64,000 nt of DNA from Eledone cirrhosa (taxonomy: Eukaryota), in contig OZ024751.1 of the NCBI GenBank assembly GCA_964016885.1, positions 13,640,001-13,704,000 of the forward strand. The letters are read 5' to 3'. Position 1 is the stretch's first letter. The number at the start of each line of letters is the position of its first letter. The position numbers and the translations under genes are program-made. Of the stretch, positions 56,895 to 64,000 are shown piece by piece. A model generated the notes under the pieces. That model was not told where the DNA came from. It worked only from the letters and a program-made list of their open reading frames with translations, and did not search any database.

Positions 56895-57154
56895 TTATGT
56901 AATATACAACATAAGATAATTATTTCATTTACCAGTGGTTTCTTGAAACCAGATATTGTATCTGTTTTCAGTCGTCAGAATGAATAAAAAAACATGGGGT
57001 TTTTATTAAATATGGATTTGAAAAGAAATCCATATTTAATAAAAACACCATATTTTTTTATTCATTCTGACGACTGAAAACATATAATATCTGCTTTCAA
57101 GAAACCACTGGTAAATGAAATAATTATCTTATGTTGTTTATTACATAACTAATA
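56889..57154. repeat. About 265-bp palindrome with a hammerhead on each strand
   Basis: Centre ggattt-gaaaag-aaatcc; motifs at 56924-56984 (-) and 57061-57119 (+). Confidence 0.92.
57061..57119 (+). ncRNA. Type I hammerhead ribozyme motif
   Basis: ttcatt-CTGACGA-ctgaaa...tttcaa-GAAAC-cactg-GTA-aatgaa. Confidence 0.8.
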
Positions 57155-57217
57155 AGCTCTGTAGCCTACATAGAGCACTCTTTTTTCCTGTACCTTTCCG
57201 ACGGAATTACTTCATTT

Positions 57218-57261
<44 letters not shown>

Positions 57262-57444
57262 ACACACACACATATATACATATATATATACACACATAAA
57301 TATATACACACATATAAAGTGATCTTTTACGACAGGTCTCTATACACACAGAGATATGTCCTAACCTTCTTTGTATGGTTGTGTGGCCTATATTGTCGCA
57401 AGGTAGGATGGGGTATAGGGGGGGATAGTTTACCTTGCTAGACT

Positions 57445-57452
57445 CTTTACTG

Positions 57453-57490
<38 letters not shown>

Positions 57491-58226
57491 GCTGCTGCTA
57501 CTGTTATTACTACTACTACTACTACTATTAATACTACTACTACCTCTGTTACTATTAATACTACTACTACTACTGCTCCTGAATTCTACCTGGTATAATA
57601 CAGCTTTTGATGCTATTGTAGTGAGGACAAAAACTAACTCCCTCCACTGTGACTCATCACCACTACCATCATCACCACCATCACTATAATTATCACCACC
57701 ATCAATCACAAGTACAACCATCATCATCACCACCACCACCACCACCACCATCACTATAATTATCACCATCATCATCACTATCATCACCACAATCACCACC
57801 ACCACAGTCACCACCACCATCAATCACAAGTACAACCATCATCATCACCACCACCACCATCACCACCACCACCATCACTATAATTATCACCACCATCATC
57901 ATCACTATCATCACCACAATCACCACCACCATCAATCACAAGTACAACCATCATCATCACCACCACCACCACCACCATCACCACCATCACTATAATTATC
58001 ACCACCATCACTATCACTATCATCACCACAATCACCACCACCATCAATCACAAGTACAACCACCACCACAACCACCACCACCAATCACAAGTACAACCAT
58101 CATCATCACCACCACCATCATCATCACCACCACCACCATCACTATAATCACCACAGTCACCACCAACACCAACATTATTACCATCATCACCACAATCACC
58201 ACCATCACCACCATCACTATAATTAT

Positions 58227-58258
<32 letters not shown>

Positions 58259-58300
58259 TCACCATCATCACCACCAATTACAACCATCATCATCACCATC
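57445..58300. repeat. (CTA)n and (CAC/CAT)n-derived repeats with higher-order units of about 115 bp
   Basis: Recurring atcaatcacaagtacaacc anchor. Confidence 0.88.
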
Positions 58301-58329
58301 AAAAGGTGATCACTAGTCTGTCTAGTAAT

Positions 58330-58580
58330 ATAACTGTTTCTACTTTTGGCACAAGGCCAGCAATTATCCCAGTGTATTACTGGTACTTTATTTTATCAAC
58401 CCCAAAAGGATGAAAAGCAAAGCTAACCTTGGTGGGATTTGAACTCAGACCATAAAGGGCCGTAACTCTACCGATACAGCCAATCCACCGCCCTCTGTCT
58501 AGTAATATAATTGTTTCTACTTTTGGCACAAGGCCAGCAATTATCCCAGTGTATTACTGGTACTTTATTTCATCGACCCC
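58330..58580 (-). mobile_element. SINE plus tandem partial duplicate
   Basis: Family tail repeated at about 58335 and 58512. Confidence 0.82.
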
Positions 58581-58731
58581 GGCGGGGTTCTACAATAATC
58601 TGGTGTTTCTCCAAGGTTCAGTGAACTGTGTGACAAGACAAGAGAGACCAGGACACCAGGCTATATACTAGACATTACATAACAGGCTGTGATAACATTC
58701 CATTATACACGATAGTACTTACATATATATA

Positions 58732-58907
58732 TAGTAAAATTCCGTTATAACGAAATTCACGGGGGTATAAAAAAAATTCGTTGGAACGAAAAATTCTTTA
58801 TAACGAAATCGACCTAACACATCGAGCGTGTGGCCGGGGATTAAACAAAATTTCGTTATACTGAAAAATTATTTATAATGGTATTCGCTATAACGGAATT
58901 TTACCTG
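58732..58907. mobile_element. Tc1/mariner (Tigger-like) MITE
   Basis: TIRs gtaaaattccgttataacgaa / ttcgctataacggaattttac, TA flanks, internal ataacgaaat subrepeats. Confidence 0.75.
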
Positions 58908-59772
58908 TATATTCATACATATACATACAAAGACATAGATAGGTACACAATAATGTGTGAAGATGACGACGATGATGATGATGATGATGATGGTGGCTGT
59001 GGTGGTGGTGGTGGTGGTGGTGGGTTTTGTTGTGAGATAGTGTTGTGTGACGGGGATGTTGATGATGATGATGGCGGAAGTGGTGGTGGTGGTGGTGGTG
59101 GTGGTGGTAGTGTTGTGTGAATGGGATATCGACGATGATGGTAGTGGTGGTGGTGGTGGTAGTTGTGGTGGTGGTGACGGAGATTGTGCTGGTGTTGTTG
59201 TTGGTAATGGTGTTGCTGCTGGTAGTGGTGCTGGTGCTGGTTGTAGAGGTTGAGGTAGTGTTGTGTGAAGGGGATGATGGTGGTAGTGGTGGTGGTAGTT
59301 GTGAAGTAGTGTTGTGTGACGTGGATGTAGATGATGATGATGGTGGTGGTGGTGACAGTGGTTATTGTGGTGGAGCTTGTGGTGGTGGTGATGGTCGTGG
59401 TATTGGTGGTAGTTGTGAAGTAGTGTTGTGCGTTGATATTTAGTCATGTCAATGTCAATAGTTATATAGAGCACCTGTCTACATACACAGGGCAGGTGAC
59501 ATGAACAGCCTTATGCCAAACACACGGCAATATCAAAGACTTATCACCTGTTTTCTATGTGTATTTTTATGTATATGTATGCATGTGCTCATGTCCACAC
59601 ACACACACGCACACACACAGACACACAGGGTTTGAGTTAAGGGTTAGGGGTTAGGATGAAGGTTAGAAGAAAACTAATGTGTTGGTGAGTAGAAAAGAAG
59701 ACAGGAGGCTGATCCCATCAATGAAATGGCCCTGCTCGATATGCAGAAAAGGAGTGGGCAGAAGCTCTAAAG

Positions 59773-60089
59773 TAAGGGTGTGCAACATATTCCATTGGCA
59801 GGCCACTTTTGAACATTGAACAACTATAAGGGCCATTAATATTTATTAAGCACTATTTCAAAGATTCACCACAACTTCTGTCCATAACATGGAACTGGGA
59901 AATTACAACAACATAACCCTATCAGTGAACCCCTTTAGTATAGGTCAACTAACAGAAAATTGTATTACGGTTACGAAAAAAATCTTAAATACGCCTACAA
60001 GGTAAAAATTAAAAACGGTCATCGGGGGCCACTCTGACTGGACTGGTGGGCCGGATTGTGGCCCGCGAGCCGTCTGTTGCACGCCCCTG
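59773..60089. mobile_element. hAT (Charlie-like) non-autonomous element
   Basis: TIRs taagggtgtgcaac / gttgcacgcccctg; 8-bp TSD-like ctctaaag / ctctatac. Confidence 0.7.
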
Positions 60090-60327
60090 CTCTATACGTT
60101 GTACACTATACCAATATTGAGTACACAAGAGATGTAGTGGGATAACAGGTAGTGAAAGAGGAAAGGAAGTTTCCGTATGTACTAGAAACACAGGATTAAT
60201 CGATGGAAAGAGTGTCAATGTGAGTTCCAATCACATGAAGGAACCATAGACGTGGTTGATAGCTTCTGTTACTCAGGTGACCTAATTCGCTGTGGATGAG
60301 GATGCTCTGATAGTATAACAGCTAGAA

Positions 60328-60688
60328 CAGAGGTTCTCAAAGTGGGCGCTATCCCCCCCCCCCTCGTGGACGTTCAGAATGTCCAGAGGAGCGCTAGGGC
60401 AGGGGGAGGGTGTGGTAGAGATGATATAATAGTATATTAAATATCAAATGATACATATTATATATAAATATAATAAAATGAATATATATATAATATTAAT
60501 TTATACATAGTATATACATAGTATATATTATATTATTTAATATATATAAATTAACGATTTTATTTATTATATATTATTTACATTTTCGGTGTAGGGAGGT
60601 CTCTCTGTAAATAGAGGTGGGAAGCGCTGAGGGTATTACGTGGCCGTGAGGAGGGGGGGCGGTGGCCCCAAAAGTTTGATAACCTCCG
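60328..60688. mobile_element. hAT MITE
   Basis: TIRs cagaggttctcaaa / tttgataacctccg; perfect 8-bp TSD agctagaa; partial copy at 31780-31902. Confidence 0.85.
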
Positions 60689-60883
60689 AGCTAGAATAAA
60701 GATGAAACAAGTTTACAGAGCTACTCCCTCTGTTGACAACAAAATGTTTCTTCCTACGATCAAAAGGACGGCTGTATGACACCTGTCTATAAAGTGCGAT
60801 GCCGCATAGTAGTGAAACATAGACAGTGCCTGCAGAAGGCATGCGTAGACTGGAGAGATATGAAGCAACTATGATTCCGTAGA

Positions 60884-61327
60884 TCTTCTTGTGTCCACAA
60901 CAGTGTCAGTTACAAAGCTTGGCTAAATGTGGCCTTGTCACAGCTGAACACATTACTGTCCTTTCTCATTAAACTCTGCCAAGTCCAATGATGTGCAAGG
61001 GTGTGCTGCGAAGTCTGTGGTTCGATGCCGCAGTCACACACAACGTCCCTATCCTTTAAATATCCCCATTTTGCAAGATTGAATATCAGGAATATCAGGA
61101 GGTGCTGCGAAGTCTGTGGTTCGATGCCGCAGTCACACACAATGTCCCTATCCTTTAAATATCCCCATTTTACAAGGTTGAATATCAGGAATATCAGGAG
61201 GTGCTGCGAAGTCTGGGGTTCGATGCCGCAAGTCACACACAACGTCCCTATCCTTTAAATATCCCCATTTTACAAGATTGGCTTTTGCACGTCCAACACC
61301 AGATCTTGGTCTGTTTAGGCATTTCAC
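60884..61327 (-). mobile_element. Ingi/Vingi-like non-LTR 3' fragment with 99-bp internal triplication
   Basis: KCLNRPRSGVGRAKANLVKWGY...CDCGIEPQTSQH; tail gacacaagaaga; TSD-like attccgtaga / attcggtaga. Confidence 0.72.
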
Positions 61328-61828
61328 ATTCGGTAGATATGCAATGTAAATGGGAGAGAAGGGCTAAATTTGGATGAACTGAGGGAGAACATGGGTTTTA
61401 GATTAACCACAAGTGGTGTGCAAGAGAGAAGACCACGATGGTATGGGCATATGATGCGCATGGATGATGATCGCTGGGTAAAGAAGTGCTAGAAAATTCC
61501 AGTGGAAGGAAGCCGTAGTAGAGGTGGACCAAAGAAAACCTGGGCAAAGAGAATTCTTTAGAGACATGATGTAAATCAGTCATTGCGTAATGGCTGACAG
61601 ATTAAAATAGGTACACAATCTACCAACTCTCTCTGTCTCTTTCTCTCCGTCTCTCATCTGTATCTTTCTCTTTCTCTTTCTACCCTCTCTCTCCGTCTCA
61701 ATTCTGTCTCTTTCTCTCTCTCTCTCCGTCTCTCATCTATCTCTTTCTCTCAGTCTCTGTATCCCCTTCTCTCTCCGTCTCAATTCTGTCTCTTTCTCTC
61801 TCTCTCCGTCTCTCATCTGTCTCTTTCG

Positions 61829-61861
<33 letters not shown>

Positions 61862-62132
61862 CCCCTTTCTCTCTCTCCGTCTCTCATCTGTCTCTTTCGC
61901 TCTCTCCCTCTCTGTCTCTTTCTCTCCCCCCCCCCCCTCTCTCTCTCTCCCACACTCCCTCTCTCAACCATTCTTTGGACACCACTTCTGGCAATAAACT
62001 AATGACCAGCTGTGCTTTAGACAAATTAACAACGTTGATATTGCAATGTAGTAAATTAAGGATCACGGGGAGTAGGGGCAGAAGGAGGAGAAGAGGGGCT
62101 GAGTGGATGGTGGCTATTTGATATATACACGC

Positions 62133-62168
<36 letters not shown>

Positions 62169-62333
62169 CACAGACATGTAGATATATGTTTTTATATGTA
62201 AACATATATATATATATATATAATATACACAGACATGTAGATATATAGATATGTATATATACTATAAAAACACACACAACCATATCTGCCCGTTATTTAT
62301 TAATGAACTATGTTTTTAAGCATGTGTGCATAT

Positions 62334-62393
<60 letters not shown>

Positions 62394-62440
62394 GCATATG
62401 TATGCATAAACATATGGGCATTTATAGTAAAAATGAAGAA

Positions 62441-62569
<129 letters not shown>

Positions 62570-62870
62570 GTGTGTGCGTGCGTGCACGTGTGTGTGTGTC
62601 AGTGGGTCCCTTTCGGTTTCCATTCTGTGTGAAATCATTTTACAATCTCAGCTGTTGAAGCTGGACTCCTAGATAGACTTGTCTATACATCAAAGCTATT
62701 ACCTCATCCATTAAACATGATCTGAAAATCAATATTTATCGATCTCTGTTATTGTTTGTATTCACCCCTTCCGTGGTCCTCATCACAATCACTGCTCTCA
62801 ACCCCATTCAGCCTCTTTAATTCAGACTTTCTCACCGTCTATCTTCCATACACACACATAGAGAGAGAGG

Positions 62871-62916
<46 letters not shown>

Positions 62917-63083
62917 TCAAATCCTAACCCCGGCGCCAAGTGGTTTCTGCTTGTGTCCGAAACTACTTGACCCCGCGGTCGGGACTTTACATCTCTCTCT
63001 CTCCCTCCCTCTCTCTACCCACTCTACATTTCCCCAAGTATCGAGTACTCACATGATCAGTGGTCTCCTCGGTCTCAGCACCC

Positions 63084-63199
<116 letters not shown>

Positions 63200-63292
63200 C
63201 GAAGAATGTGTGCTAAGGAAACAGGTGGACCCATAACGCATCAGAGTACTCAGTACTCGAAACGGCTTGAGCTCTGCCATCTTGAACATTTT

Positions 63293-63340
<48 letters not shown>

Positions 63341-63359
63341 TATACACATATATATATAT

Positions 63360-63400
<41 letters not shown>

Positions 63401-63413
63401 AACACATATATAT

Positions 63414-63444
<31 letters not shown>

Positions 63445-63572
63445 CACAAACACTTGTTATAAAGTTCCATGTTTATCTTTGCGACTAGTGGACGCTCCAC
63501 CGACTATCAGGAATATTAGGAATCTATGTATATCAGAAACTGTGTAGTGGTCTCTTTATGTACTATATTTAC

Positions 63573-63640
63573 CTGACGAACGAAGCATCAATAACAACAG
63601 CTTCGGAAACTGGGAGTACCTCGGAGGGTATACGCCAGTT
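63573..63640 (+). ncRNA. Hammerhead core with stems II and III, stem I not evident
   Basis: CTGACGA-a-cgaagc...gcttcg-GAAAC-tgg...cca-GTT. Confidence 0.6.
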
Positions 63641-63647
63641 TGCCATG

Positions 63648-63699
<52 letters not shown>

Positions 63700-64000
63700 T
63701 AGGATTTTGTTCAACACGCCGACGCGTATGTGTATGCGCGTATGTTTGTGCACATTTATATGTGCACATTTATACATATAAACGCGTAAACACAGACACA
63801 CTTACAAAAATACACTCACAGACATACATTCACACAAATACACACATACATTCACACACACACACACACACACACGTTTACACAAACACACACACATGCA
63901 GCATAGCAAAAGTAACGCCAGCCGCTGTTTTGCTATAGTTTTTTGCCACCCCCTTCTTTCTTTTACACACACTTATATTCACACAAACACACACATTATG

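Larger units (their letters stand above)
60100..61600 (+). mobile_element. Decayed RTE-like LINE 3' region interrupted by two insertions
   Basis: Remnants SFCYSGD, KGRLYDTC, HSSET, RRLERYE, WYGHMMRM, RGGPKKTW. Confidence 0.7.

Noticed and set aside
59625-59668. Interstitial telomeric repeat
   Set aside because: Only two or three imperfect TTAGGG-like units
61003-61280. Mariner WGYLK motif or tandem tRNA-like B boxes
   Set aside because: Context fits a non-LTR C-terminal zinc knuckle (KWGY...CDCG...QT..H) better

Overview
Eukaryotic, AT-rich, repeat-dominated DNA with no host protein-coding gene that I can support. The microsatellite load and the SINE/LINE repertoire suggest an octopod cephalopod (inference). 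Most listed ORFs are translations of (TA)n, (TG)n, (GA)n or (GGT)n tracts. Recognisable content: one near full-length but disabled RTE LINE (4151-8375) with three C2H2 fingers; fragments of RTE, R4/Dong, CRE, CR1/L2-like and Ingi/Vingi non-LTR elements; non-autonomous RTE derivatives; many tRNA-derived SINEs; hAT and Tc1/mariner-type MITEs; several minisatellites. The most notable hidden pattern is more than a dozen short, mostly unrelated elements sitting in TA tracts that carry hammerhead-ribozyme motifs (CUGANGA...GAAA...NUH). Many form near-perfect fold-back palindromes that turn in or near the catalytic core, most plausibly Penelope-like pseudo-LTR remnants. There is also an HDV-like ribozyme fold in an RTE-derived 5' UTR (8687-8843). 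All structures were read by eye; no folding, alignment or database search was run.
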